DNA of 64,000 bases from Kudoa neothunni (lineage: Eukaryota; Animalia; Cnidaria): positions 6,948,234-7,012,233 of the forward strand of contig OZ199839.1 of assembly GCA_964304625.1 (NCBI GenBank), written 5' to 3'. Below are positions 12,401-26,900 of this stretch, one piece after another; position 1 is the first letter of the stretch, and the number at the start of each line of letters is the position of its first letter. The notes beneath the pieces are model-generated. The model was given only the letters and a program-made list of their open reading frames with translations, had not been told where the DNA came from and did no database searches. The position numbers and the translations under genes were made by a program.

Positions 12401-15400
12401 ATAACTTTTTATATCTACGCTTATCAAGATATCTCTATTCGAGAAAGATACTAAGTTTTGACGTAGTTCAATATTAAATATACTTTTAATCCGATTATAA
12501 TTTTTTTTCAATGTTGAATAACTTCTTATTATTATATATTAAAATTTATAAAATATAATTTTTTTGTAATAATTTCATGAAATATGTCAATTTAATTACT
12601 ATTATCAAATAGACTTTGACTAAGTAAAATCAATTTATTAATATTTTTTGGTGCAAATTCCTGTAATGCATAACTGTGATTATTACTTATTATTAAGTAT
12701 TAGCGTGAAATTTCCTACAATCACGAGATATCGAAGTACATTTTACTTTGAAAAATATCTTAATAAATTGTTCTAATTTATAGAAAGGGGGATTAAACCA
12801 AAAATTTGTTTATAATTTACCCTTTAAATAATTTGATACATTTTTATTAAATTTACCATACGGGAATCATCGAAAAATTGTAAAATTTGTATAGCTAGTA
12901 AAAACTTCGACAATTAATCTCAATAAATCAGATCAATCTTCCTTAGACTGAAATAACAATAAATACGCTCATATGAATAAAATGTTCGGGCACTGCTAAT
13001 TTTATATAGATTGATGATATACTTAAATAAACATATTAATTTAGTTATTAAAGGGGGATGTTAATTTGAACGGACCATAATTCATTCTTTAATAAGTGCA
13101 CGTTAATACTATTAGACATCGTGTAACCCACTTAATAATTTTAAAATCTATAAAATCTTAGCTTCTATATTATTTAATAATAAATAAAGGAATTTTTTAA
13201 AATTCAAAAAATATTTTTCCATCCAACGTAAATTATAATGCGATAGCGTATTTGTGACAAATAAATAGACAAATGATTATATAAACAGTAGATATCTCAT
13301 AAAAATATTCAAAATTGTATGAAATTTTCAAAAGTTTAATGATTATTATATACAAAATAAAAATAATAAATTAATTTTTCTAATTTATTAATTTTACTCG
13401 TAAAGCAATAATTAATATATAAATGAGAAAAACTTAAATGAATTGTATCTATATGGTAGATGAACGCATAGGCGCCCAAAAACTAGAATGAATTACATGA
13501 TTAATTTTAATCCTTTATTAGGTTGTTCTTAATAAGGACATGAAATCGAATTCTAATCAGGAGGCACCAATTTTATTAATGGATAAAAGCAAGATAATTA
13601 GACAACTTTGCTGTTACCTGGTGACCAAAACAAAGCGGAGGCCCATATTGTTGTAGATTTTTGTTGTATAGATTTTTCCAGGTATTTTTTTCAATGTCAT
13701 ACGAATAGAATTCGTTCTAAAAATGAAGAAACTCTACCAACCAAATCTAAATAGATTGATGTGATGCCTTTAGATATTCTTCTTCGGTGTAATCTTTGAA
13801 TCTCCCTAGAACGTACAGAAGCTTTCGTTTACGATCTATACACATTTGATGACAGGACCTCGGTGTGGGACCTCCCTAAATCGGATGATTTTACTAAAGT
13901 ATGAAACCAAAAGCAACAATCATTACATCCAAGCTAGTGTCTGAACTGATCAGTTTCCATTGGTTGGTTTTGATGTAATAGACCCAAAAATCGCCGAGGT
14001 CAACTTCTCCATCCCATCCTCCGTACATATAAATTTCACCTTCTTCCGGTAGAAGGCACATTTGGTGTCCTCCGCGCATTTTTGGCTGCATGGACCCATC
14101 TAGTAAGAATACATATATCGTTTTTCCCAGAGTAATCACCTTGTTGGTAGAGGCCATTTTTCTGTAGTTGGATCCATTCAAAGTTGTGTTTGATATTGTG
14201 GTGATATTGATGAAAGGCTTTTGCTATGAACAGTTCACATTCAATTGGAAACCTCAATCAATCAACAAATATAATTACTTTTAGAAAATTGATCAATCAC
14301 TTGAGTGGCGCTATAAAAATCTCGATCAAATACCAGATTTTGGTAGAGTTTATCAATGAGAAGCATTCGGTTGGGAGGGAATGTGTTTTTTAGCGCCAGA
14401 TAATAGGGTTTATTATCCAAATATCTCAATTTTGCCATACATTCCATTAAAGAATCATTAGATTTTTTCTTCAAAAACACATCAATATTCCACGTGTGCA
14501 ATCACACATTAAAGATACATTGAAATATTTTTCCAAAAGTGTGTTAACCAATTCGTCGTTGCCAATGCAAGTGAAATAAAATGGCCATACGGAAATATTG
14601 GAGGAGTAGGACCAGCCGGATAGAATAACTGCAATTAAAGTGATATTTTGTAGACTGATAATGATCCTACCTATTTTTACATATCTAACAGGAGCAGGAA
14701 ATTCGTTTGGCTCTAATAAAAACACTACTTCCTCTACTAGCTGGGTGTAATCTGAGCATCTACATGAGCAGAAATAAGAGATTCATTAGCATATTATGGG
14801 GGAATTATTTAATAATTAAATTATTCTCTATTTGTAAAGAAATACCCATGAAATATACGGAACCAATCTTCTTTGTTGTAACTCGCAAAAACTTCAAATT
14901 GTTTGAGTGCCCCCATTTTTGGACATGATTTTTTCACAAAATTTAACGAATGTAACACTTCAAGTCGTTCCAACTCAAGTATTATATACTAAAAACGTTA
15001 TTGAGAGAATTCTAACAACTTTATCAACTCGTACCTCATAATGATTTACAATATCTGCACACCATCGTGTCATCAGGGTCACATTATCATAAAGTAGCAC
15101 ATTCCTATCGATAGGAGTGATAAAATTTCAAAAAAATTAATAACGTATAATCTTAAAAAAATTAAGCGATATAAACGAAAATCAATTTTTCGATCTTTAT
15201 AAAAACACGAATAAGTTTTTATCAAATAAAGAATTAAAAATATTTACTGTATTAAGATTTATTTAACAACCGAACGAATGGCTCTCTTATGATTGAATCG
15301 ACACAAAAATTATTCGTTGCAATATATAACATAATAACTATCTGAGTTATTTAGTTTACATAAATTCGTAAAAAAATACTATAATAAAAAATGAATGGAA

Positions 15401-15869
15401 TAAATGTAAGTCAGTTTTTTCAGTTTGCATGAAAACATGAAGAATTTTCTATCAAACAAAGGATTAAAAATATTTACTGTATAACGATTTATTTGGCAAC
15501 CGAATGAATGGTTCATTAATGATTGAATCGAAACAATAAAAATTATTTGTTCGAATATATAACAAATAATATCTATTTAAATAATTAAATTCATTTAAAA
15601 TTGTAAAAACGTATTTATTTTAAATCGATAAAAATGACGGAAGATACCGCATCGAAGAGAAATATAGTTAAAATTAAATTAAAGGTTAATTGATTATTGT
15701 TTACTTGAAAAATGTCATATAACTGCAAAAAAAACGTTCTAAATACTTACTCTGGATAGTAATTTTCACTGTATGATGACCAACTGTCTACATTGTAATG
15801 TACTACGGAGTACTGAGTTGGACTATTAGCTATGTCAGTGAATGATGGGGTGTTTGAGTCGATTATCAT
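9404..15869 (-). CDS. MKLN1: Muskelin (discoidin-LisH-CTLH-kelch, CTLH/GID E3 complex), many exons
   Basis: Motifs in order: WSSYSENYYPENV, RW..YIILELER, FPAPVRYVKI..SNISVW, PKMRGGHQM..IYMYGGWDGEVDLGDFW, GPTPRSCHQMCID..LYVLGR, NEFYSYDIEKNTW, GPPLCFGHQ. 3' exon boundaries are less certain. Confidence 0.9.
15221..15575. repeat. Diverged direct duplication (about 125-bp copies, 230-bp spacing) in muskelin intron 1
   Basis: 15221 ATCAAATAAAGAATTAAAAATATTTACTGTA..CAACCGAACGAATGG..ATGATTGAATCG versus 15451 ATCAAACAAAGGATTAAAAATATTTACTGTA..CAACCGAATGAATGG..ATGATTGAATCG. Confidence 0.8.
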
Positions 15870-16767
15870 CAGATGTTTCCTTAGTCAGCACGTCAATCTA
15901 TCCTGCCAAAAATTAAATGGATTTATGGATTATTAAGATTAGATAGTTGCTACTTGCAAATAGAGATTATCCTATCGGCATTCCACTGCCAATTGAGCTG
16001 CTCACTAACGATAGCCGGTACCTATCTATTTATTACTAGTCGAAACTGCTGTGTTGATTAATATCGGTTAAGAGTTACGCAGTTATGCAGTTAACAGGTT
16101 CTCTATGGATGTTTGTGTGATTAAATTGTTGTTTATTAGGGCCTAATTTTATAGCTTTTTTATTCTCTAATCCAATGACTCAATAGAAACCTTTGACACC
16201 TTGGTGGTTGTAAATCGGTCACCATTATTCTTATATGTCGATAATTATCTCAATCGACATAATATCGATATCGCATATTATAATAAAGTTAAATCAAGTC
16301 AAATCAAATCAACTATACAAGAGTTGGTTTGTTTTTCCTGATTTGATACGATTAAAACGTATGCAAGTTTCATCAGTTTGCACATTAATCAGGGGTATTA
16401 CAACACATTTGAGAATTGGATCACCTGAAAAGTTTTATTTCAATAGAAAGGCATGCGTTTTTTAATTTTAATAAATTAAATTCTAGACTACGACTAAATC
16501 TAAATATAAAGAGATTCAGTTCGAAAAATGAATCAGTAGGTTTTCAGTCGCAAATAGGACACAACATTAATAGATAAATATAATTAGATGAATAAATAGA
16601 TAGCTAATAAGAGAGTAAGAAGTAGGCAGTCGTACATTCAAGAAAATTCAATAACTGATCAATATTATTTATTATTGAGAAAATGGTCGAGTTCGCTTTT
16701 ACTTGAACACAAGAATACCTAAATTTAAATATATCAATAAAAAAATTCTTCTATGTGTAATAATTAA

Positions 16768-19700
16768 TCAGAGAAATACTTTTATAGGGGATTTTTTCAA
16801 AGGTATACCCTTCCAAAAAATATCAATAATGTAGATTCCCACAAGAAGTGGATTGTAATGGCAATGGATTGTAAAATGCTCGATATTTTTATTTTTTCCA
16901 GACGACGAAAACATTAAATATTTTTCTCGGCGTGCAACTTTGGAGTCCAGTTGGTAGGCCCTATCTGGACCGGTGAGCTGAATCTCTAACTCCCCATCCC
17001 CCTCTCCAACGATGTCGATGTCAAATTCTCCTATGTAATCCTCAAGAATACAGCTATTCAGACCGGGTCCAGAAACTTTAACTGATTCCTCAAAATCCTC
17101 CTCCAAAACTACCACCTTATAGGGGCTGTTTCGAATGGGTAATTTGTCGGCTTCCAACTCGAGACAATGAGGTCCAACGCACTTAGGAGTTACATGCACT
17201 TGATAGTAGTCTGTGGAGTTGGTGGAGATAGAAATGTAAGATGCTTCATTGTTTGGTCCGATACATCTACATCGGATACTCTTTGCGGGAAATCCACTTT
17301 CCACAATCACATCGAAATTGAATTTATCTCCAACACGGCACATATCCGGCACATTATTACAATCTGCAAAAAGTTACATACAATGAATTATTTGTTATAT
17401 GTTACACAATCCAGTGGCAAAACGTCTTTTGGTCTGAATCTCATATGTATCAATATCTCCATTGGAAAGGTTGGTTATTTGGATTTTATGAGAACCCTCT
17501 TTTTTGGGAAGTAGATCCACAAAGTATTTATCGTAGTAGCCACTATAATCGATATCTTTGTACGGATAGAGAGAAGTAGCATGATTGGAAGGATCCACAA
17601 CCTCAAACTTAAAATTGTTTAAGCTGGTGGCGTTCATCTTCTTCGTGAAATATATAGGAATAGGGGTGGCTTCATTGACAAAGTCTAATGTATAAATTAT
17701 GGGCTGATTTAATAAAATTACTAATAGCTTACATGATTTGTCGTGGTTGAGTTCAATAGAAAATTCTGGAGATTTTATTTCATTTGTAACTGGAACTATA
17801 GATGGAGCAGGGGCATGACTACGAGCAGGTTGCACACTAAATCCATAGGGACTGTTGGGAATATCGAAACCCCCATATGTGACTCTCAAGTTGTAATGCC
17901 CTGGCTTATAAGGTATAAATTTAGCGCAGTAACTATGGTATTCATCGATTCCACTTTTGGAGTTCTTTTCGTATTGAACCTCATTCAACATTTGGTTGGG
18001 GTCACTGTAAAAGATTCGAAGATCTCCCTCTCCACTCTATTTCATATTGCTATTATTTATCACATGAAATTTTTGATTACATCATATGGAATATATGCAT
18101 TCAGTAAGCATTCATCATTGTTAAAAATAGGTTTTGAAGTTTCAAACATTGGGAAAACCACCTTAGCCCTGCTGAGATCGATCACATTCAACTCAAATGG
18201 TGATCCTAATAGCTCAACAGTTTCGCATGAGATTCTAAGATGTGAGATGTCTAAATTGTTGATATAGAAATGGCAAATGTAGGTTTGACTGTCGCGTCGG
18301 ACAAATAAGGCAGGTTGTGTAAAGGAACCACCATTGCCTTTGTCCGCATAGACCGAACCCTCAAAATTGAGAAAATCTTGCTGTTGCATCCCATTAGTTT
18401 TGATCTAATTCAGAATGCAACTTAATATCAAAAAAATGATTAAATTTGCGTTACAATAATTTCATGAGTTGATTTAAGGAGAATATTCTCTGGTCGATTG
18501 ATCTGCACATGTATTTGACTCACATCCAACTGTTTTACTTGGATATTGATATCCTTGAAGGTTGAGTCTATGGAGATAGTTTGGTACATCAAACCCACAT
18601 GATGGGTTCCATTTGAAGGTTCATAAAATGGCACTTTCAACTGTCTAATTTTATCGTTTGGACTGGAGATTTCCTCAAAGTCCTGAATTATCTGTAGATA
18701 ATGAGTTCTTCCTTTAGGATTTTCGATCATTAAAACGCATTGTTGTAAAGGAACCTAATTAAACATATTTAAATGTTAAGCTTATATTTTGAATATTACT
18801 GAAGAAGGTATTGTGACGTGGAAGTAGTACTTACGCTCACTATGAGAAAAAATCTTGTGTTCATTGTCGTGGTCAGGAGCTACAGAGAATAGATGCGTTT
18901 CGAGAACTTCTACTCTGAAGGGGGTTTCGTCTAGGGGTTTTTCATCGTAATTTATCCACACCGAATACACTCCAGGCAACGCATGATAATACCATGCATG
19001 GGCCAACTTGACGCCTTCCCAACTGCTTTCTTGTTGAAACTTTAGGGGCAATTTAACGTTGCCACTATTGCTAAGCATGTAGCCGGAAAGGTAGAGAGCG
19101 TTTCCGCGCTCGTTCATCATTATACGTGGGGTTATTTTGCCCTGATCGGTGGGCAGAATCATAATATCATCGTCCATCTTAAACATAACATTGTGGTCTT
19201 TTGCCAAATCACGCAAGGGTTTGTTATCGACATGTAACGTCATTGATGTATTGGTGAGGGGGATATCGTTGAAAAAGGCACACACCTCGTAGGTGGTTGC
19301 CGCAATTGGTGACCAACTATACTCGAATTCGCAGCAGGGTGAAAGCGTTTGAATTCGACGACCCTTATCGATAGTGATACTTTCATTGTTGGAGTAGACT
19401 TTAAGTGAGCAATTGAGTTGTTTTTCATAAAACTTAACAAAAATAAATCTCCACACAAATGATTAATTCAGATATTTACCTGAATGGGAGTTTTCAGATT
19501 CACAGTGACTAGATCGTTTACAAAAATTTGATCGACATCATTTTTCAAGCTCAAACTAAAGCAACTTTGTCTAAGAACCTCAAGTGGGTATGGATTTCCA
19601 GGAAAAGGTATTTTATTGAAATAGAGATTGAGGAATTTTGTGTTTATCGTTGGGGCTGGGAGACAACCTACAAAAGTGCCATTTTTGTTGGTAGCTTTTA

Positions 19701-22700
19701 CATCGATAGGGGTGAGTTTGGTGATGTTTTCGTAATCATCCATCTCGACAACGTTTCCAGACAACAGTCTACAGTCTCGTTGATTGTCCACACCTTCCAA
19801 TGTAAATTCGAACTCGGCCGTGGTGTTTTCCATCAAACAGGCTAGTTTTCCAGCGGTATCCACAGAGGCGGTATTTTTGTTGATTTCAAAGTTGGATACT
19901 GTGAACACTTTAGGGAAGTCTTTAATTGAGTAGCCACCGTAAGTGAGATCCATAGTGTAGGAGCCAGAACAATTTGTATCTGAGCACAATAGAAAACTCT
20001 CTTTATCTTCGTCAGTTTGTAGTGGTTCGATGGACATTTTGAGTGGACCATTGGGTCCTTCCAACGAATAGAAAAGGTCACCTTTTCCCGCCTACACAGA
20101 ATCGAACGAAAAATGTAACTTTTTGAATAAAAGAAAAAACAACTACCTTTTTATACACATAGACTTTTATTATAAACTGTTGGTTGATTATTCGAGGTTC
20201 GGATTCGATTTTCACTTTGACCAGACTCAAATCGATAGACTCTATAAAAAATGGCTTTTCAAAAACCGGACGACCATTAATGAACAGATCAAGCTGATAG
20301 GTTCCAACTCGATCCAGTTGATAACGACCAACATAGGAGTTGTGATTGTCGTGAAGAAGTTCTATTTTGGTTTTTTTGTTGGAGATATCTTCAAGCATTT
20401 TAATGAAGCCTTCGATTTTCTTAATGCATTTAATATTGTTCACAGTGACCTAAAAATGTATGAATTTAACTACGAAATCTTAAACTTTATTTTTGAGGCT
20501 ATCAACAAAAATTACAGTAAAATATTGCTCACAATTGATTGTAATGGTTTTATTGAGTCCATCCCCTTGTACAATAGCTTTCGAGGGGTCAAATGAGATG
20601 AATTGCAGTGAATCGTGGTCGGGTTTATCACCAATAACAGTGGGGGAAGGATCAACAGGGAATTCATTCCATTTAAGCTTGAACTCAAAGGTTCCACATA
20701 TAATAACCGGTACAATATATGTTACTACAGCTTGTAATCGTTTGGCTTCATTTTTAGAGCTGACCGAAGCATATCCAAAAAACTTATTCTCATAAATAAC
20801 CTCAGCACTGAGACATCCAGGTCCTGCATCCGTAACATCACAGACGATTTTTATAATTTCTCCAGGGTTGACAAATGCATCTAATTTTAACAATAAGTTA
20901 ATTTAGCGTATAAAAAGTAAATACCATTTTTGGAAACAATAGTAATTTTTGAGGGATCTCCAACAAGAGCCACACAATTTTTATAACAAAACAATTTTCC
21001 ACTGGATTTCTCACGTACATGCAAAACATATGTTCCAATAGTGTCGAACTGGGTGCGATAAATGTATCGCAACGAGTCCGAATGGTCAAGTTGTGCAGAC
21101 ACTTGGTGTTTGGAGTCTGTTGATGATTGGAAAAAGAAATCGAATTGTTCGGGATCCACAATTTTGGATGAGTAGACCGTCAACACAAAATCTTTGTCAA
21201 CAACCACATGGCTGTCTCCAAAAACACACTCAAAATCTTTTATTTCGAATTTTCTGTGTTGTTTTGTAGAAGGGGGTTCATCGGAACTGCTAGTTCTTTT
21301 GTAGAGAGGAGGATGAAGTATTTTTCCTTTGATTGACGCTTGTACGCGGTAAATACCATGCAATTCAGCATAAAATTTCCCCTCAATAGTGTCACCATCA
21401 ATCTGATACAATTTAAAAGGGACAAACGCTTTTGACTTTTGATTGGATAGCTTACTTTGGTACTCCTCATCGTCTCTAAAGTAAGTGATTTCCACATGCA
21501 CATCGTCAAAGGAGGCATTGAGTTGGATGAAATTTTTGATTTCGAACCTCAGCTCATCACCCGGTGAGCAATATTCTGTGTTACTAACCCAACACATCTC
21601 CAACTAACCAATCAAATTTATCTACATAACAAAAATTGCAAAAATAATTTGGTTACCTGGGCAGTTTTCCTATTAGATTGACTACTGTATGTCTCTCCAG
21701 TGTTAGACATAGACATAGTGAAAGAGGCTGTAGGAGTTTGTTGTAACCACTTGGATTGTCGAAATTTGGTTGAGCTTTGTGCTGTAGTATTTTGATTGTA
21801 TTTTCGGGGCGAAATTGTGTCACGCTCCGAAACAGCAGTATTTGAGGTGGATTTAGTCCCCAAATCATCTTTGGACTCCAAAATATTCAGCAAATGATTC
21901 ACATAAGTAACAAACACGAGTGGATGCACTCTTAAGTAGAGGAGATCTTCAGGGGTAAAAGTTGGTTGCAAATTGAGGTAGTTTTCGGCTTCCATCAACG
22001 CTGAAGCAATGTTATAGATGGAGCGAGTTTCGATTGTTTTTTTGTCACCATCATAAATATTCACCTTTCGAAAGAACCCTCCTTGAAGAGCAGTTCTGCC
22101 ACAACAAACTGACACCAATGACGCCAACGCAACTCCGTCGTTCCAATATTGTTGATCTAATGATGCTACAAGTTTTGCTACTTGAGGAGCTAGTTTTTTT
22201 AGTCGATCAAAACTGGAAGTAAAAGAAATTCCTCCTTTTTTGGTGAATTGGCTTACGTAGGTCATCAAACTCTGAGGGTCGATTTCACCGCTTGCCAAAT
22301 GTTCCGGTTTGATAATGGTGGGAATGTTGAGATTGAATTGTCCAGCCTCTAATGCTTCAGTAACGTTTCGGATGGCATTGGATTTTTTCCACTTTCTATA
22401 GTTGACACAACAGTTGGGGTCGAATTTGTGAACAAGCGCTCCCAATAAAATCCCATCATTCCAATCGGTGGTTAGATTTTTGATTGTAAACTCACACAAC
22501 ACACTTGAAACCCAATCGAGAATGAGTTTTTGCGGTTTGGCTCTCAAACTGGCTCTTCGAATCACTCTGCCAGGAGGAGATTTAGCAGAGGCATTACCAC
22601 TCTCTAGAGTAAATCTCTCTAACGCTTGTCTCACATTAATATTGGTGCTGTTTGGTGATAACATGTCATTATTGGCAACATTCTCTTGCGTTTTATGTGT

Positions 22701-23340
22701 AGATTTTGGAGGTGGAGAAGCATCATCTCCACTGGCATTATTCAACAAAGGCGGATACACCCCTTTAGTTGGACTTGGACTAGATTTTCCAGCTGCTACA
22801 GCCGAATCAGGATTAGACGTAATCATAAATGCAGATCCAATTTGATAATATAGAATCAAATGCCAGATAAATCCCAGAATAAGCTTGTCATTTTTTTCGT
22901 AAATGTCCCCAGGCCCTAATATACCAATACATCAATACAATAAAGTAACTGTAAAAAAAATGTTTAATCAACTCACCTATATTTACTGTAGTGAGACCAT
23001 CCTGCTGAAATAGCTTCATGACAATATCCAAATTTTCGATGATTTGTTGAGGTATCCTGGGGTTTTTGTTGTACTTGGGATGAGGATTGCCACTCAATAG
23101 TTGGTAAAGTTCTATCAACACAGTTCCATCATGTAGATCGTCATACAGGTTGTTGATGGTGATATTTTTTTCAGCGAGAATCGCATTACACCATCCAGTG
23201 AATGTGTGTTTTTGTATTTCTTGCCAGGCGAATTGTTTAGGATTGGCATTGTTATTACTATTATTATTGGCTTGTAAATTTGAAGGTTGTTGTGAGTGAT
23301 TCAAAGAATTGGTAGTTTCTGTACCACTTTCAATTTCCAT
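16768..23340 (-). CDS. Filamin-family actin-binding protein with three CH domains and divergent Ig-like filamin repeats (about 10 exons)
   Basis: CH1 WQEIQKHTFTGWCN..DLHDG..LILGFIWHLILYYQI. CH2 LILDWV..TTDWNDGILLGALV. Third CH-like YWNDGVALASLV. Filamin repeats DPSKAIVQGDGL, AGPGCLSA, YGGFDIPNSPY, VKVSGPGL, WKGIPLKKSPIKV. The consecutive minus-strand ORFs are linked by short GT-AG introns. Confidence 0.9.
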
Positions 23341-23937
23341 ATTATTATCGTCTCCGCTTGTTTAGATTGCTTGATTAGTGATTAATAATACAAGTATTAC
23401 TCTCAGTCCTATTCGATACGTTTCCTCGCACACGCACACACACTCAACTATTACCTACAGTGTATCTATTACTGCTTGGATGATTGACGTTGATAACTAG
23501 TTCTGTAGATTAGCTTTTGAAATATAGACACTAATTATTGTTGTTGCCAGTGACTACTCTCTAGATAGTTGTTGTAGGTTGGTATCAGTCGATTTATTGT
23601 TGTCCTAACTTTTGACAATTGTATATTATTTATTTTTGTTCCTATCACAAAAGCTCAATTCAATCACAAACCTCTTGGGATAATCACACTAACCATAAAC
23701 TCGACTTATTCTAACCCATTATAATGTTGCTACCATTTTTAGAAAGAATTATGATTATCACAACTAACAATGCTTATGTTTTAATCAAAATAGGTCAACT
23801 AATTCGCACCGATTCTCCCGCAAGCAACCCCAATAAACAAGCCTCTCCAAATTCACTCACACAACAAATCATCTATCTACTACTGCGCTATTCAGAATTA
23901 GGTACACCTCTCAAACACATACAAAAATCATCTAAAA

Positions 23938-26900
23938 CTATTCCTGATCACTCTCATCAGCGAATATCGCCTTAAACAAATCGATAGAAGGCCGCACAGT
24001 AGATATTTGTTCTTCAGAGTCTACGCTATCCTTTGTGTGGTTATCAACTGGGTGAGCTTTGTGGTGGTCGGTTGAGACTCTTTCTGGGTTGCCATGACGA
24101 TCAATCTATTTAATAAATTTAATAAATAAATCCTAATGCATACTGATATTTGGACTGGTACATTGTTGGTCACAATTGTTGGTTGTTGCTGCAAGGACGA
24201 ATTGTTGGTTCCCAAAACAACATTAGAAACATTGCTATATTCTTTAGTGGATGATTGGAGGGTTTTGGATGGAACTGATTGGAGAGTTTTGGAAGGGGTG
24301 GGGGTGATTGGTTCGTTCGAATCATCTGTTTTATAGATATGAACCTTTTCTTTGGAGTGGGTTTGATTCATCAACTCACCCAGTTCCACGTAGGGAACGT
24401 TGAAACGTTTGCATAGTATTTTTTCAGGTATCCAGGGAGACGTAATCCTCCTGGAAACCAAACTACGACCATGTTGTACCTCCCTGTGAACGTCCATATT
24501 TTTCATATGGTCGAGTACACCTTGAGAGGAGTCGGTATTTTGGGGTGTACTTAATGATGAGGAACTATCGCCTTGACCACTTTTAACGAATTTTTTCAGT
24601 TGTATATTAAGGCCAAGTTTCTCGACAAGATTTTCAGCAGGTTTCGCACTATAACTGTTTGCTAAAAATAGCTCGGAAAAATAGTTGACTACTTTAAGGA
24701 GGTTTTCTGACGACGCTCAATAAATTCGGCGGCAGATATGTCACCAAGCATCATCGACTTTGTTAGAGGGTCAATCATAGGTTTTTTGGTGGGATTTCTA
24801 GGCTGAGAGGATTCAGATGAGGTGGTAGTCATTTTCCGATTAATCTCAGGACCCAATCTAGGTTTGGGTGTGTAATCGTTGGGCAGCTTTGGAAGACTGT
24901 ATGCATATTGAGACAGAACCAATTTCCTCGAGGAGGGGACAAATTTCAATTGATCACCTATTCCACATTGATTCAGTTATTTTACGTATAATATTTAAAT
25001 TATGATTCAATTAGTTTTATGTGAAGTATTTCAAATAGGTCAATTTTTTAAATATCATTCTCAACTTAAATCAATCAATGTCTTAGACATTAATTAAAAA
25101 TTCACCAACTTAAAGCTATTTCAAGTGATTATTTATCAATATCACTGAATAAAGTTTTTTAAATGATTATTGTCTGCACAAAATGTCAGGAAAATTATTA
25201 TGCCAATTTTACAAGTTAAATCAATAATTCTAAGATATATAATATAACGTTGTAGAAATATTATACAGAGTAAACTCTTAATATTGCGTAATTCGTTATA
25301 GTTTAGCATATGTTTTAATAATTTTATCTTTATCTTTATCAAGGAAAGAAATAATAAACTATGTCAAAATCCCAATTTTAATCCTTTAACCTTCAAAATA
25401 CTTTATAATTCTTTACAATAAACACCGAAAATGACTCGTTCTCAGAGAAGTATTTAAAATATAATTCAAAATAACAAAACATTTTAATTAGGGGTCGTCG
25501 TGTTCGGTTAACGCCGACTAAAATGGATTTTAATCGTCTAATTTTTGAAACTGTTTTGATGTTTATTTCCCGGTAACATTCGAAATCTTCCAAACAACTT
25601 AAAATGTGTAGTAACCAGAGAGAAATTTATAGTTGCCTTGTTGAATGATCTGACTTAAAGAAGATGAAAACGAATTAGCCGTAAGTATTGTAAAGTGAAA
25701 TCATACCTACAAACAACCGAATTTACGACAACATAAAATTAAAGAAATATATTTGGTTAAAAAAGCATTCCAAGCCACTTCTTTACTAATTATTTTTTTA
25801 AATATAGAAAAAATGGAAAACTTAAGAAAAATCTAGTGTCTGTTATTGTTCTCGGCGTTTATTCGTTGTCTCTATTTTATGAGAAAAGTTTTTGCTTGCG
25901 GCGATTTTATTCAAATTTTTTATTAACTTAAGATGCGCATGCGTGCTGTCAAATAAGCAAAACAAGTGTTGACATTGGTTGTCGAATTTTCAAAAAATAA
26001 ACATCGAAAATAGTTACCCCTAATTATAATGTAATGAAAAGTCGCGAAAAGAATTCGAACTATTGAGTCATACCTCAAAAGATAATTTGTCATACCGATC
26101 TGTTGCCTATTGCGCATATGTTAACTTTGGTTACAATCATTCCATCAAACACTTTAAACCAACCAAATTAATGAATATTTTCAATAAAGTAATTTTTCGC
26201 GCAGGCGCGTGTCTCGCTATTACGTAACAATTCGCTGATTCTTCAAGTTACGCAGTATCAAGAGTTTAACGCACCCCCTATTGGATTGAAAATATTACCG
26301 AATTTAAATCACTGTCTACTAATTATTAACATATGCCGCGTCGGCGACTATCCCTAAATTTCTTCTAGTTCGATAGTTCGATAGATATCACCAAAGATTA
26401 ATTTCCTATTTCAAAATAACGATTAGAAATATTTTTAAGATATTAAATTTCAACAAAATTCGCATTAAATAAGATAGTTTATTACTTAAGATTAAAATAA
26501 TCATTATACTGATGCAGGGGTCGGCAACCTGCAGCACCCATCTTATGCCATACTATAAACTACAATATCTAAGGTTAAAACGCGAAGAAATCATATAATT
26601 CCCACTCGCTAAATTCATTATTACATCAAAATTGCGAATTTTCATCAGACATAAGTCATTTTTAATGGAAATATACAGGCAATGAAAGAATGTATGATAC
26701 TTCAACATCACCAACTTGAACTAATCTTCTTAATTTGTAATTTAAAGTTAAAAATTAAAGTTAAATATTGAAATAAAAGATTAATATTAAACTGAAGCTC
26801 CTTAGAAATAAAATTTTGGTGTATCATACAAAATACATATTATTCGTTTATACGCACAAATTTTTCACAGTAATCTTTTTTACATATAAAATTAGTTATA

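Noticed and set aside
17167-22845. Plus-strand ORFs over the filamin gene, and similar overlapping ORFs over other genes
   Set aside because: Antisense or alternate-frame shadows of real exons, with no recognisable motifs.
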